Positions 8,688 to 18,422 are shown, numbered from the stretch's first letter. The stretch: DNA of 64,000 nucleotides from an uncultured delta proteobacterium (GCA_963804955.1 CAWDSQ010000010.1:1-64000); one strand, 5' to 3'. A program made the numbers and translations. The notes: generated by a model from the letters alone, not told the origin.

Positions 8688-11085
8688 GCTGTGTTTCCTC
8701 ACAAGCCCCTGCCGCTTCTTCAGCCTGAATACACAGCAGCAGCAGAGCGATAAAGGTTCTCAGCGAATCCTCCGACAGTTTGCCTGCGGCCATCACGTGT
8801 CCGAGGTCTGCGGCACATGCCTCGGCGCTGCCCCCGCCGAGCAATTCGGCCAGCGTTTCGCGAAACTGCCCGCGGCCTTCAAGGGCCATGCGGTCAAGCA
8901 GCCGCGCCGAATCAAGACAGACTGTTGAGGCTTCCTCACTATGCTGGCGCCGCAGCACGGTGCGGTAATAGCCTTCGGCGGCGGCATTGAAATCGCCTGC
9001 GGGCATGCCCATGGCAGAGCGCCCGCCGCACTGGTCAAGAATGCCCGCCGTGAGCCTGCCGGCTGCAGATGCTGCTGGGTTAGTGATCCGCTCTTCCAGG
9101 CGCTCCAGGGTAGCCTGCATGCCCATATTTTCGATAAGATCAGCGGCATCCTGACGAATGATGGTCAGCAGCGCCCGAAGGTACTCATCATTGTGGCATC
9201 TGGTATATCCGGGATACCGGTTGCTGGTGCGGGTCTTTTTCATGCTGCCGAGAATGTGGGTCAAGAACCGGTTTTGCGTATCGCTGCGCACGAAAAATGT
9301 TGGTATGCCGATTGCAGCGCCGAAAAATATTTGCCGCCTTTCACTTTCACAGGTCGGGCTGTCGGGGATATGCTCATGGGTGAGTTGCCCGTCGGCAATG
9401 TATTTATAGGCCAAAGCAGTGAGAAGTGTCTGCAGATTGACGGCATCGGCCATATCGCCAAGCAGTGTTGCAAACAGGCTGTAATAGCGCCCTTCAAAAC
9501 CCGAAAAACCCATAGCAGCATGCTGCCGAAGCCGGTAAAACAGATAGGGCGACATGCGCTCGTCGAAAACTCCCAGATCGGCAAGGTCTTTTTTCAGGCG
9601 CAGGTCATTGCCGGGCGAGCCGTCGAGTGCCGGGCTCTGGTCCGTACTCATGAGCGCAACCGGATAATCGATCAACCGGTAATCCTGAACAAAATCGCCC
9701 CGGAGTTTAAACAGCCCGCTGACAAACCGGTCAAGCGCGGGCGGGCCGAAAGGCGTCAGCGGCTGGCCCATGATTTTCACATCGGCCTTCAGCTTCCAGC
9801 GCCGCCACAGCATGCGCAAATGCGTATAATCAAGCTCATGGGGCAGAAATCCGAGCACGGTTTCTGGATGGAAATCGCCGAACTCCAGCCGGTAGGGCGC
9901 AGCGCTGTACGTGCCCACAAAAAGGGGGAGGAAATGCTCGACGATTTTTATAGCCAGATCCCCGCAATATTTTTCATCGGCTGCGGTGAACGCGGAACCC
10001 CGTGCCGCGAGCAGGTCCGTCAGTTTCCGGCTACCGAGACTGACATGGGTTCCGTTATTGGCAAGACTGATATTTGACAGATTCGGCAGCACAACCAGAT
10101 CGCGCGTAATAATGCCCGCGTCCTTGAGCTTGGCAAGCGTATTGAGCTGGCTGCGTGACAGCACCTGGTGGCACAGTATCATGTACTGGTGCTTCTCCTG
10201 GCCATGGTCCCAGCCTGAAAGACAGGGGCTCATAAACAGCTCGCGATAGAAACCGTCGCTGATTATGTTGTTCAGGCTCTTCTGGCGTACGGGTGGATGA
10301 GGCGCAAAATAGGCAAGAACGCGCTGGCCGCTTGCGGCAAGCCCGAACCGGTTTTCGCCGTACTGTATCAAAAGCTGGGTCAGCAGAAACCGCAACGCTG
10401 TTTCCCGGGCAGGTTGCGCTCCCATGCCGCGACCGGGCAGCAGCGCCGGCGTATAGAATGAAAATGTTTCAGGCGAGGTGTTGTCGTTCAGGAAATGGTC
10501 CATGTACCTTCGGCCGGTTTGACGGACGGCTTCAGGCGTAAATGCCGAGGCGCTGACTGCATCGGCAAGGGCGAGCTTCAAAAGGTAGCTGACGGGCACG
10601 CGCAAGCACCGTTCACCCCTATCCTTGATGATGAACTTCGCGGAATCAATACGGTCCGGACTCTGCGGGTCGGTTTTGTCGGCGCGCAGATCGTCATGAA
10701 AAACCGAACGCGCATAGCTGCTCAGGCAACGGTAGGGAAACCGCACCCAACTATGCTCCCAGACATTGTCAGGGTTATTGTTCAGATACTTTTCAAGCTC
10801 GGCAATAAGCCGCTGCGAGGTATCGCCGGACAGGGTGCGCCGAATAATGTTTTTATAATAATTGGACTGCTCAATTGTACGGGGCAGGTCAACAGACTCT
10901 TTTGCGCCTATTACGACGGTTTGCAGCTCGTTTTCAACCCCGGCAGTCACATCGCCTGAGGTAAAGGGCAGGGCTTCCACAAAGGCATCGCCGGCGGCGC
11001 AGCGTATGCCGAGGGCCTCACAAAGTCTTTCCGGATTTGTCTTTCCGCCGCTTCTGAAAGGGTAGGAAAGTACAGGTGCTGTCAT
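8659..11085 (-). CDS. Conserved hypothetical protein with glutamate-cysteine-ligase/carboxylate-amine-ligase-like motifs
   Basis: 808-aa intact ORF. AGVENELQ, NNGTHVSLG and FEGR occur in the order of the GCS/GS-fold G.E.E, G.H.h.g and E.R motifs (fold assignment is inference). Confidence 0.6.
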   Translation of the reverse strand: MTAPVLSYPFRSGGKTNPERLCEALGIRCAAGDAFVEALPFTSGDVTAGVENELQTVVIGAKESVDLPRTIEQSNYYKNIIRRTLSGDTSQRLIAELEKYLNNNPDNVWEHSWVRFPYRCLSSYARSVFHDDLRADKTDPQSPDRIDSAKFIIKDRGERCLRVPVSYLLKLALADAVSASAFTPEAVRQTGRRYMDHFLNDNTSPETFSFYTPALLPGRGMGAQPARETALRFLLTQLLIQYGENRFGLAASGQRVLAYFAPHPPVRQKSLNNIISDGFYRELFMSPCLSGWDHGQEKHQYMILCHQVLSRSQLNTLAKLKDAGIITRDLVVLPNLSNISLANNGTHVSLGSRKLTDLLAARGSAFTAADEKYCGDLAIKIVEHFLPLFVGTYSAAPYRLEFGDFHPETVLGFLPHELDYTHLRMLWRRWKLKADVKIMGQPLTPFGPPALDRFVSGLFKLRGDFVQDYRLIDYPVALMSTDQSPALDGSPGNDLRLKKDLADLGVFDERMSPYLFYRLRQHAAMGFSGFEGRYYSLFATLLGDMADAVNLQTLLTALAYKYIADGQLTHEHIPDSPTCESERRQIFFGAAIGIPTFFVRSDTQNRFLTHILGSMKKTRTSNRYPGYTRCHNDEYLRALLTIIRQDAADLIENMGMQATLERLEERITNPAASAAGRLTAGILDQCGGRSAMGMPAGDFNAAAEGYYRTVLRRQHSEEASTVCLDSARLLDRMALEGRGQFRETLAELLGGGSAEACAADLGHVMAAGKLSEDSLRTFIALLLLCIQAEEAAGACEETQHENTAASVY

Positions 11086-11120
11086 GCTAATGTCCTTTAA
11101 ATTTTTATTTTTCTGTTTTT

Positions 11121-11174
11121 GTTATAGCCGCCGCAGGTTAAAGCTGTGTTAACTTTATGATAATTATCAATTAA
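11121..11174 (-). promoter_or_regulatory. Pho-box-like array plus -10 (TATAAC) for the ligase-PSD-Lgt operon
   Basis: TTAA 11171, ATAA 11160, TTAA 11149, TTAA 11138; -10 at +15. Confidence 0.8.
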
Positions 11175-11199
11175 TTCGTGGAGTTAGTCCTCCAGCGTG

Positions 11200-12225
11200 T
11201 CATGGGCCGTCCGGTTGCTGCTGCCGGACTTTGGGTGCAGCTTTTAACACGGTACCGCCCGGCATGAGGTGGGCTTTGATTTTTTGCACCATGTCAGCCC
11301 AGGCGGCAGCGCCAACGCTCTGCTCATTGATAATCATATGGCGGGCGATTGCGGCATCGGTAGTATTGTCTTTTACTATGCTGACAAGGTCCCACCGGTC
11401 AAACCCATTATCGCTGACGAACTCCTGTAGATTCTCGAAGGATACGAATTCATCCTCCTGATCCATGAAAAGGAGCGTCGGCACATTGAGCCGGGGGCCG
11501 AGATTTGCCTCAAAATTCCTGATTGCGTCAAAAAGAGCAGTATAGCCAGCCACGGGCGTGCCGTCATTGGCACGCTGATTTTCAGGGGCTTCGCTGTCGA
11601 TGACAAGCTCGGGGAAAGGCTTAAGCGGCCTCAGATGATACCCGATGGACGGATGGAGCGTAAGGGCCGGAGCCAAAAGCAGCATCCGATCAAAATGAAC
11701 GCCGGGCTTGGCCGCCAGCAGGTCGCAGCCCAGCAGGCCGCCAAGCGAGTAGCCGACAAAATATAAGGGCACGCCGAGTTTGCGGGCCCGGTGCATGGCT
11801 TGCACATAGGCCTGATGAACTTCATTGAGCCATAAAAAATACGCAACGCTCTTGAAGGATTCAAGGCGGTCGCGCTTATCATCGGCAGGGCGGCTCCCCC
11901 GGCGAATGAAATTAGCGCCATGGCCCCGCAGCGAAACGTTCAGCGCTTCGATGCCTGCACTGTTCAGAATGGCAATAATGGGCTCCATCATTTCCGGCCT
12001 TATGTTTAAGCCATGCACAATCAGCGCGATAGCAATGGGCTTTTTATAAGAAGCGGATTTAAACCAGCGGCTGCAATGATCCTGACGGGCAATAAGCTCT
12101 TGTATGAAGGCGTTTGCCCCTGCAGGAGCTATGCGGGAAAGGTCGCCACTATACATATAAATACAGGCGGCAACAGCCGCCGCTGCAGCGAATCCAACCA
12201 GCACGAGCCTTCGATAGGATTTCAT
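11200..12225 (-). CDS. Alpha/beta hydrolase (esterase/lysophospholipase-like) with N-terminal anchor
   Basis: VHGLN, LRGHG and GYSLG nucleophile elbow; late Asp/His candidates (DEFV, RHM). Confidence 0.8.
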   Translation of the reverse strand: MKSYRRLVLVGFAAAAAVAACIYMYSGDLSRIAPAGANAFIQELIARQDHCSRWFKSASYKKPIAIALIVHGLNIRPEMMEPIIAILNSAGIEALNVSLRGHGANFIRRGSRPADDKRDRLESFKSVAYFLWLNEVHQAYVQAMHRARKLGVPLYFVGYSLGGLLGCDLLAAKPGVHFDRMLLLAPALTLHPSIGYHLRPLKPFPELVIDSEAPENQRANDGTPVAGYTALFDAIRNFEANLGPRLNVPTLLFMDQEDEFVSFENLQEFVSDNGFDRWDLVSIVKDNTTDAAIARHMIINEQSVGAAAWADMVQKIKAHLMPGGTVLKAAPKVRQQQPDGP

Positions 12226-12286
12226 ATACAGGCGCCTTTTTTTACGGTCAGGTTCTGCAGGGCCGTCTGGGCTTCCTGCTGCTGAT

Positions 12287-12357
12287 AAAAAAAGGGGGCC
12301 TTGCGGCCCCCTGGAGGAGGAGAGATGCTGAAAAAAGCGGTTTCAACACTTCTCTGT
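12287..12357 (-). ncRNA. Candidate Pho-regulated small RNA, sibling 2
   Basis: AGAGAAGUGUUGAAA-loop-UUUCAGCAUCUCU hairpin, CCUCCUCC linker, AGGGGGCC-GCAA-GGCCCCCU terminator followed by a U-run. Same architecture as 6451-6524. Confidence 0.55.
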
Positions 12358-12361
12358 TTTT

Positions 12362-12417
12362 AATATATACGGCTACTCGGTTAAAAAAAAATAATGGGTT
12401 GATTAATTTACGGTTAA
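12362..12417 (-). promoter_or_regulatory. Pho-box-like array plus -10 (TATATA/TATATT) driving candidate sRNA 2
   Basis: TTAA at 12414, 12403, degenerate ~12392, 12381. Confidence 0.75.
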
Positions 12418-12820
12418 TTTTTAGCTCTTCAAAATCGCAACCGATGATCCATCCGCACAACCATAAAAACAGCCGCCACCGGGGGGTGTGCTGTGATGCC
12501 ATCAGGGGATGTTGCTCAATGTTTTGAAACGTAACCCATAGTGTGCTGTTTAGCGACACGGGCCAGGAACAATAAAATGGGTCCTTCTGCGAAACGGGTA
12601 ACAAAGTCAACGATACGTTTAAGGTTTTGGTAATGCGCAGGGTTCTGATGCAGTTGCTTATGAAGGTGGCTATCATGAAAGCAATATGTCCAGGGCCTAT
12701 CTTATGTGGTCCACATTGAAATTGATTTGCCAAGTTTCCGGGGTGTTTCATCGTGCAGAACGTCGATGATGCTGCCGCTGTATAAGGCTGTATCACGCGC
12801 ACAGCCCTATTGTTATATTC

Positions 12821-13063
12821 TGGTTATTTCCAAAGCTGAACCTGTGTATGGTTGTTAATTTCATTGCACAATTTTGTCATTTCGATTGCAGGGAGTCCGC
12901 AGGTTGCGTACTCGCATCAATCTTAGACTGAAGTGAAATTATGGCGTTAGGATTTCTCATCCCGCTTTCAGCGGGATTCGAAATGACAGCAAGAGCAATT
13001 ACGACAAAGGGTACATACGCTCTTGTCCAGAATAAGGGGGTAGTTCAGCTTAGGAGATAACCA
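12821..13063. mobile_element. MITE-like element (family A TIR TGGTTATCCACAAAGCTGAAC) containing a GTCATTTCGA..TCGAAATGAC REP-type element
   Basis: Ends TGGTTATTTCCAAAGCTGAAC and GTTCAGCTTAGGAGATAACCA. The internal segment CTCATCCCGCTT..AGCGGGATTCGAAATGACAGCAAG also occurs at 21408-21446. Confidence 0.6.
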
Positions 13064-13106
13064 TATATTATATCTAGTTTTGGTTTTGTCCGCCCCAGTG
13101 TAAATT

Positions 13107-13160
13107 TTAACATTTTTTTAACACAGCAATAATCCCCGCATAATTTTTATTTCATAACAT
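13107..13160 (+). promoter_or_regulatory. Pho-box-like array plus -10 (TAACAT), distal
   Basis: TTAA 13107, TTAA 13118, ATAA 13129, ATAA 13140; -10 at 13155. Confidence 0.65.
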
Positions 13161-13213
13161 AAGCCCGGCATTCAGCCATGCCCCGCAGACGCAGCACGGG
13201 GCTTCCATCTTAT

Positions 13214-13267
13214 TTAACCGAAAATTAACCCGCGCTTTATTTGCCGTTAACTCTCCACGGGTATTGT
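13214..13267 (+). promoter_or_regulatory. Pho-box-like array plus -10 (TATTGT) for the TonB/ExbBD operon
   Basis: TTAACCGAAAA TTAACCCGCGC TTTATTTGCCG TTAACTCTCCA cggg TATTGT. Confidence 0.8.
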
Positions 13268-13304
13268 TTAATCAAAAATGCACATCTCAGAGAGGAGCAC
13301 CTGC

Positions 13305-14054
13305 ATGAAAAAAAGACACCTATGGCTGCTGGCGTTAATGCTGGGTATGGCCCCGGCAACGCAGGCCGCGCAGCCCGGGCAGATCAAGCAGACCATCGAT
13401 CAGTCCATTAAAACCCGGGAAACGACCCAGAAAAAAGCCGCCGACTGGCAGGGCAATAAAGAGCGGATGAAGAACCGCTACTTTCAGTTGAAAGAAGCCC
13501 TTGAGATGACCGGGCTTGAGCTGACTCATATGCAGGAAGTGACGGCCAAACAGGATGCCTACCTGGTGCGTACACGGCGCAAGGTGCATGAAATGGAAAA
13601 AATGGGCCGCGAGCTGCAGCCGTATCTCAACCAGCAGGTTGCCCGCCTGTCCGATCACATTAAAAAAGATCTGCCGTTTCTGCCGGAGGAACGCAGCGCG
13701 CGGATTACAACCATGCACGGCATCTTGAACGACCCCGAGATACCCTTGAGCGAAAAGCTGCGCCGCACCTTCGAGGCAATGCGCGTGGAAATGGACTATG
13801 GCAAATCAATTGAAACGACCCGCACGGAGATCGACTACAAGGGGCAGAAGGTTTTGGTGAACATGCTGCGTCTGGGCCGTACAGCCCTGCTGATGCAGAC
13901 CATTGATGAAAAGGAATCAGGCCTGTATGCCGGAGGAACATGGGTGCAGCTGCCCGGGCAGTACGGCGCGGAGATAAAGAAAGCCATGGAAATAACCCAG
14001 CGCCGCAGGCCTGTCGACTTTGTAAACCTGCCCCTTCGGGAGATCAAACAATGA
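13305..14054 (+). CDS. DUF3450-family periplasmic coiled-coil protein
   Basis: Signal peptide, DLPFL.EER..R, SEK.RR..EA...E.DYG and LRLGR motifs; first gene of an Exb operon. Confidence 0.85.
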   Translation: MKKRHLWLLALMLGMAPATQAAQPGQIKQTIDQSIKTRETTQKKAADWQGNKERMKNRYFQLKEALEMTGLELTHMQEVTAKQDAYLVRTRRKVHEMEKMGRELQPYLNQQVARLSDHIKKDLPFLPEERSARITTMHGILNDPEIPLSEKLRRTFEAMRVEMDYGKSIETTRTEIDYKGQKVLVNMLRLGRTALLMQTIDEKESGLYAGGTWVQLPGQYGAEIKKAMEITQRRRPVDFVNLPLREIKQ

Positions 14055-15496
14055 AGCATATCGTATTTTGTGTAGCGCTGCTGCTGTGCACGATTATGTG
14101 CCGCGGCTGCGCCTGGGCCGAAGATAACCAGACCGCGTCGGCCGCCACATCACAGCAGATCACCAGCGCCATCGATGAAGCACAACGCAAAGCCGATGAA
14201 GACGCAAAAAAGGCGCGGGAAGAAGCAGCGCTGAAGGAAGCCGAGGTTATGGACCAGCAGGGCACGCTCCAGGCGACATTGGAGCGTCTTGAAGCTGAAA
14301 AAAAAGCTCTGGACGAAAAGCTCGATACGGCAAAAAAACTCTATGAGCAAAACGAGCAGGAAACCGCCCTGCTGCAGAAGCGCAGCGAGGAGCAAAAGGG
14401 CCAGGCCGACGAGATAGCAGGGTCCCTGCGCGGTATTGCCCAGGACCTGGGCACGTCCATCAGCCAGTCTCTGGTGTCCGGCGAAACGCCGGGCCGCAGA
14501 AAAATCCTCGAGCCCCTGGTGACGCAGAACGAATTTCCCTCCTTTGAAGCCATCGGCGGCATGGCCGATCTCATGTTCGAGGAAATGAGCCGCAACGGCA
14601 AAATTTCCACCACCGCCATGGCCTTCACCGATGACGCGGGCCGCGAGACCCGGGGCGACGTTGTGCGCATAGGCATGTTCAATGCCCTGTGGAAAAAAGA
14701 CGGCAAGGTGGGCTATCTGGAATATTCGCCGGCCAAGGAGACCTTTTCGCAGTTTTCCGTAAAAATGCCCGGCGCCTATCTCGGCGAAGCCAAACAGTTT
14801 ACGGCTGGTGCGTCGCAGGGGCTTTATCTTGATCCGTCATCGGGAGGCGCCTTCCGTTTCATTTCCGACATGCCCGACTGGTGGGAAGAGCTGAAATCAG
14901 GCGGCTCCCTCATGTGGCCTATCTGCCTGTGCGGAGTCATCGCCGTCATTCTGGCGATCGAGCGCTTTATCACGCTCATGCGTCACAGCAAAGCCACGGC
15001 GCAACTTGCCGATGCCGTCACGCCGGTGCTGCAGCGGGGCGACTGGGACGCGGCGCTGCGCATAAGCAAAGGCAGCAGCATCGGCCTTGCGCGCGTTCTT
15101 GCCGCCGGCATCAACCACCGGCAGGAGCAGACCGAGGTGCTTGAGTCGGTCATGGAAGAATCCATTCAGAGCATCCGGGGCCCCCTTGACCGCAATATGG
15201 CCAGCCTGCAGATTATCGCCGTGGTGTCGCCGCTGCTGGGGCTGCTGGGGACCGTCACCGGCATGATTTCAACCTTCAATATGCTCACGATCTACGGCTC
15301 AGGCGATCCCCGGCTCATGTCGGGCGGTATTTCCGAGGCCCTTGTCACCACCGAATACGGCCTGTTCATATCCATTCCCGTAATTCTCGTGCACGGCTAC
15401 TTTCAGGGCAAGGTGGGCGACATTATTGGCCGCATCGAGGAAAAAGCCATGACGCTGGTCAATTCCGTGAAAAAAATCAAAAGGCAGGCCGCATGA
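14051..15496 (+). CDS. Large ExbB/TolQ/MotA-family protein with N-terminal periplasmic coiled coil
   Basis: SPLLGLLGTVTGMI and GGISEALVTT.YGL motifs. Confidence 0.9.
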   Translation: MKHIVFCVALLLCTIMCRGCAWAEDNQTASAATSQQITSAIDEAQRKADEDAKKAREEAALKEAEVMDQQGTLQATLERLEAEKKALDEKLDTAKKLYEQNEQETALLQKRSEEQKGQADEIAGSLRGIAQDLGTSISQSLVSGETPGRRKILEPLVTQNEFPSFEAIGGMADLMFEEMSRNGKISTTAMAFTDDAGRETRGDVVRIGMFNALWKKDGKVGYLEYSPAKETFSQFSVKMPGAYLGEAKQFTAGASQGLYLDPSSGGAFRFISDMPDWWEELKSGGSLMWPICLCGVIAVILAIERFITLMRHSKATAQLADAVTPVLQRGDWDAALRISKGSSIGLARVLAAGINHRQEQTEVLESVMEESIQSIRGPLDRNMASLQIIAVVSPLLGLLGTVTGMISTFNMLTIYGSGDPRLMSGGISEALVTTEYGLFISIPVILVHGYFQGKVGDIIGRIEEKAMTLVNSVKKIKRQAA

Positions 15497-16086
15497 ACTG
15501 GGAAATATCCACCTGGGAGTATCTGGCGACAGGAGGGCCCGTGATGGTGCCCCTGCTGCTGGTCTCGCTTGCCATGGCGTTCATGATAGCCGAACGGTTT
15601 TTGTATTTTGCGGGGATCGAGCGCGGCGATATCAACGCCGATGCCGTCATCAGGGGCATTGAAAACAATGCCCCGGCTGCCGGCGGCGGGCTGTGCGCAA
15701 CGGTGCTTGATCGGCTGCTGGCGGCCCGGGCCGTTTATGGCGAGCTTGATCTGCGGGTGCTCCATGAAACCGTGCAGGGCTTTCTTCCCGAACTGCGGCG
15801 GGGGTTCAATATAATCGCCTGCCTGATAGCCGCGGCTCCGCTGCTGGGGCTGCTGGGGACCGTGACCGGCATGATCGAAACCTTTAATGTCATGAATATT
15901 TTCGGCACCACCAATCCCAAGGCCATGTCCGGGGGCATATCCGAGGCCATGATCACCACGCAGTACGGTTTGGTGCTCGCCATTCTCGGGATGTATGTGC
16001 AGATGTTTGTAGAAAAACGGGCGCGCCGCTGCGAGCACATGGTCGAGGAGCTGACGCGCCACATTATAAGGAAATTTCAGCTATGA
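15493..16086 (+). CDS. exbB: ExbB/TolQ/MotA proton channel protein
   Basis: APLLGLLGTVTGMI and GGISEAMITT motifs. Confidence 0.9.
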   Translation: MNWEISTWEYLATGGPVMVPLLLVSLAMAFMIAERFLYFAGIERGDINADAVIRGIENNAPAAGGGLCATVLDRLLAARAVYGELDLRVLHETVQGFLPELRRGFNIIACLIAAAPLLGLLGTVTGMIETFNVMNIFGTTNPKAMSGGISEAMITTQYGLVLAILGMYVQMFVEKRARRCEHMVEELTRHIIRKFQL

Positions 16087-16503
16087 TCCGCTCACGACGA
16101 AGGACCGAAGGGGACAAGCCCATTGAAATCAACATGGCGCCGCTGATCGACATGACCTTTCTGCTGCTGATTTTTTTCATCGTAACCACCAGCTTTGTGA
16201 AAGAAACAGGCCTTGAGGTGAACCGGCCCTCGGCCAAAAGCGCGGAGAGCAAGGAAAAAAGCACCATCATGGTGGGCGTAAGCAGGCAGGGGTTCATTTA
16301 CATGGAAAACCGCTCCATTGATTTGCGCTCCGTGCGGGCGAATGTCGAAAAGGCCATGGCCGATAACCCCGATGCGGGCGTCATCAGTCGTGGCGGACAA
16401 GGAAAGCTCCACGGGCCTTGTGGTGAATGTCATCGACCAGTGCAGGCTTGCCGGCGCCAAGGCGGTATCGATAGCAACCAAGAGGGAAGACGAGTCCACA
16501 TGA
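16083..16503 (+). CDS. exbD: ExbD/TolR biopolymer transport protein (frameshift ~16386)
   Basis: INMAPLIDMTFLLLIFFIVT; the C-terminus VVADKESSTGLVVNVIDQCRLAGAKAVSIAT is in an adjacent frame. Confidence 0.85.
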
Positions 16504-17150
16504 GCGTTCTGCAGCCTGTCCACCGGCGCTATTTTGCGGCACTGGCCATAGCCTGCGTTGCCACCGCCCTGTGCCTGTTCGTGCTGCCGGTATCGCTGCG
16601 CTTCAGCGCGCCGATGAAGAAAGATCTGCTGCGCGAGGCCCTGCAGCTTGCCGATTACCGCAAGCCGCCGCCGCCGCCGCCGAAAAAGCAGGAGCAGCAG
16701 AAAAAGCCCGAAGCGCAAAAGGTTCAGCCCAAGCTCAAAAGCTTCATGCCGAAAATGGACATGGACTCTTCGGCCCTTGCGGGCAAGTTTCAGTTCGACC
16801 TCGGCCTTGCCGGCGGCTCGGGCGCGGGTGTCGGGATGAATCTGGGGGCAAAGATATTCGACGAGTCAAAAGTCGACGCCAAGCCCGTGGCCCTGTTCCG
16901 GACGCAGCCGATCTATCCGGCAAAGGCGCAGGGCGAACAGCTGACGGGCCGCGTGAGTTTCCGGTTTCTGGTTGACCGCGACGGCATGGTCAAAGACGTT
17001 GAGATAGCAAGCGCTCAGCCGCCCGGTATTTTTGATGATGCCACCATAGCGGCTGTCAAGCAGTGGCGTTTTCAGCCGGCAAAAGTCAAGGGAGAGGCGG
17101 TCGCCTGCTGGTGCCAGTCGTCAATTAAGTATGAACTTGATGTCGAGTAA
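16500..17150 (+). CDS. tonB: TonB energy transducer
   Basis: TM anchor, Pro/Lys-rich linker, P.YP..A....G.V...F.VD.DG.V and WRFQPA C-terminal domain. Confidence 0.9.
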   Translation: MSVLQPVHRRYFAALAIACVATALCLFVLPVSLRFSAPMKKDLLREALQLADYRKPPPPPPKKQEQQKKPEAQKVQPKLKSFMPKMDMDSSALAGKFQFDLGLAGGSGAGVGMNLGAKIFDESKVDAKPVALFRTQPIYPAKAQGEQLTGRVSFRFLVDRDGMVKDVEIASAQPPGIFDDATIAAVKQWRFQPAKVKGEAVACWCQSSIKYELDVE

Positions 17151-17168
17151 AGGAATAGGAGGAGAGAT

Positions 17169-18388
17169 ATGAAAAAATTAGTGGCTCTGATGGTTCTGTG
17201 CGGTTTCATGGCAGCGGGCAGCGCGGCAGCCGACGACGGCGAGATCAAGTGGGACACCGTGCCCGATGAGACCAAAACAGCGCTCTATGAAGCGCAGCAG
17301 GATATGAACGGCGGCAAGATGGATAAAGCGCTGAGCGACCTTCTGAAATTTCAGCAGAAGCGTCCAAATACAACCATTTTCTGGTCGAGTTCAATATCGG
17401 CACGCTCTATGGCCTGCAGAAGCAGCCGGATAAGGCAATTGCGCATCTGGAAAAAGCCGTGGAGATGGAAAAATCCTACAGCCCCATCTGGATGAACCTC
17501 GGCAAGCTGTACTACCAGCTGCAGGCTTTCGACAAGGCAGGGGCCGCGCTGGAGCAGTCGTTCCGGTGCAGCGTTCAGCAGGAAACCGACATACTCTACA
17601 TGGCCATGGCGTCCTATTACCAGGCCGGCGATCTGCCAAAGGCCACGGCCCTGGGCGAGGAGCTGGTGCAGGTATTCCGCCGCGACAGCCCTGAAATCGT
17701 GAGCCTGCTTGCGGGCATTTATATACAGACCGGCAATTTCGGCAGCGCCGTTACCATGCTGGAAACGCTGCTTGAGAAAACCCCCTCCGATGACAAGCTT
17801 TGGAAAATGCTGGCCCAGGCGCATTTCAAGAACCAGAAATACCGCGAGGCGGCCATAGCCTATGAAACCTTCGGATATCTCAGGGAGCTGGGCCGCGATG
17901 AACTGATAGTCATGGGCGACCTGTACACCATGGTGGGCGTGCCCCTGCGGGCCGCGCAATACTATGAGCTGGCCCTGCAAAACGGCGGCACTGCCGATGA
18001 ACAGGAAAAGCTGTCGGTTGCCTACTACTGCGCCTATGAATTCGACAAGGCATCCGCTGCCGTCGATGGCGCCCTTAAGGAAAAGCCAACGGTGGAGCGG
18101 ATGCTGTTGAAGGCGCAGCTGTGCTACCTGCAGGAGCGTTTTGTGGAAGCCCAGCAGCATTATGTGAAAGCGGCGGAGGCCATGTCCAAGGACGGCCATG
18201 AATGGCTTATGGCGGGCTACTGCGCCCTGCGCGGCGGCAATACCAGCCGCGCCCGCGAGCTTTTAAGCAAGGCCGCCGAATTTCCGACGCAGCGCCAGGA
18301 TGCTCTTGCCATGCTCAAGGCGCTGCAGCCGGCCGATGATTTTAAAAAGGCGATGCAGGAATTAAAGGAAGCGCAGCAGCTGCTGTAG
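17169..18388 (+). CDS. Periplasmic tetratricopeptide-repeat protein (frameshift ~17370)
   Basis: Signal peptide and TPR helices (WMNLGKLYYQ, WKMLAQAHF); two ORF pieces. Confidence 0.8.
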
Positions 18389-18422
18389 GGTTCTCAAAAA
18401 CTGATATGCAGGGTGGACGAAC

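Noticed and set aside
8941..10077. Long antisense ORFs (this one and many similar ones in the track)
   Set aside because: Shadow frames of GC-rich genes on the opposite strand.
12325..12363. Plus-strand micro-ORF MLKKAVSTLLCF behind GGAGGAGG
   Set aside because: No equivalent ORF in sibling copy 1. The promoter array, -10 and U-tail all point to the minus strand. Not fully excluded.
12248..12802. 184-aa minus-strand ORF across the sRNA 2 locus
   Set aside because: No recognisable motifs or RBS; it runs through promoter and terminator DNA.
16083..17150. Apparent ExbD-TonB fusion in the ORF track
   Set aside because: Artefact of a frameshift near 16386; the ExbD C-terminus is in another frame and TonB has its own ATG at 16500.
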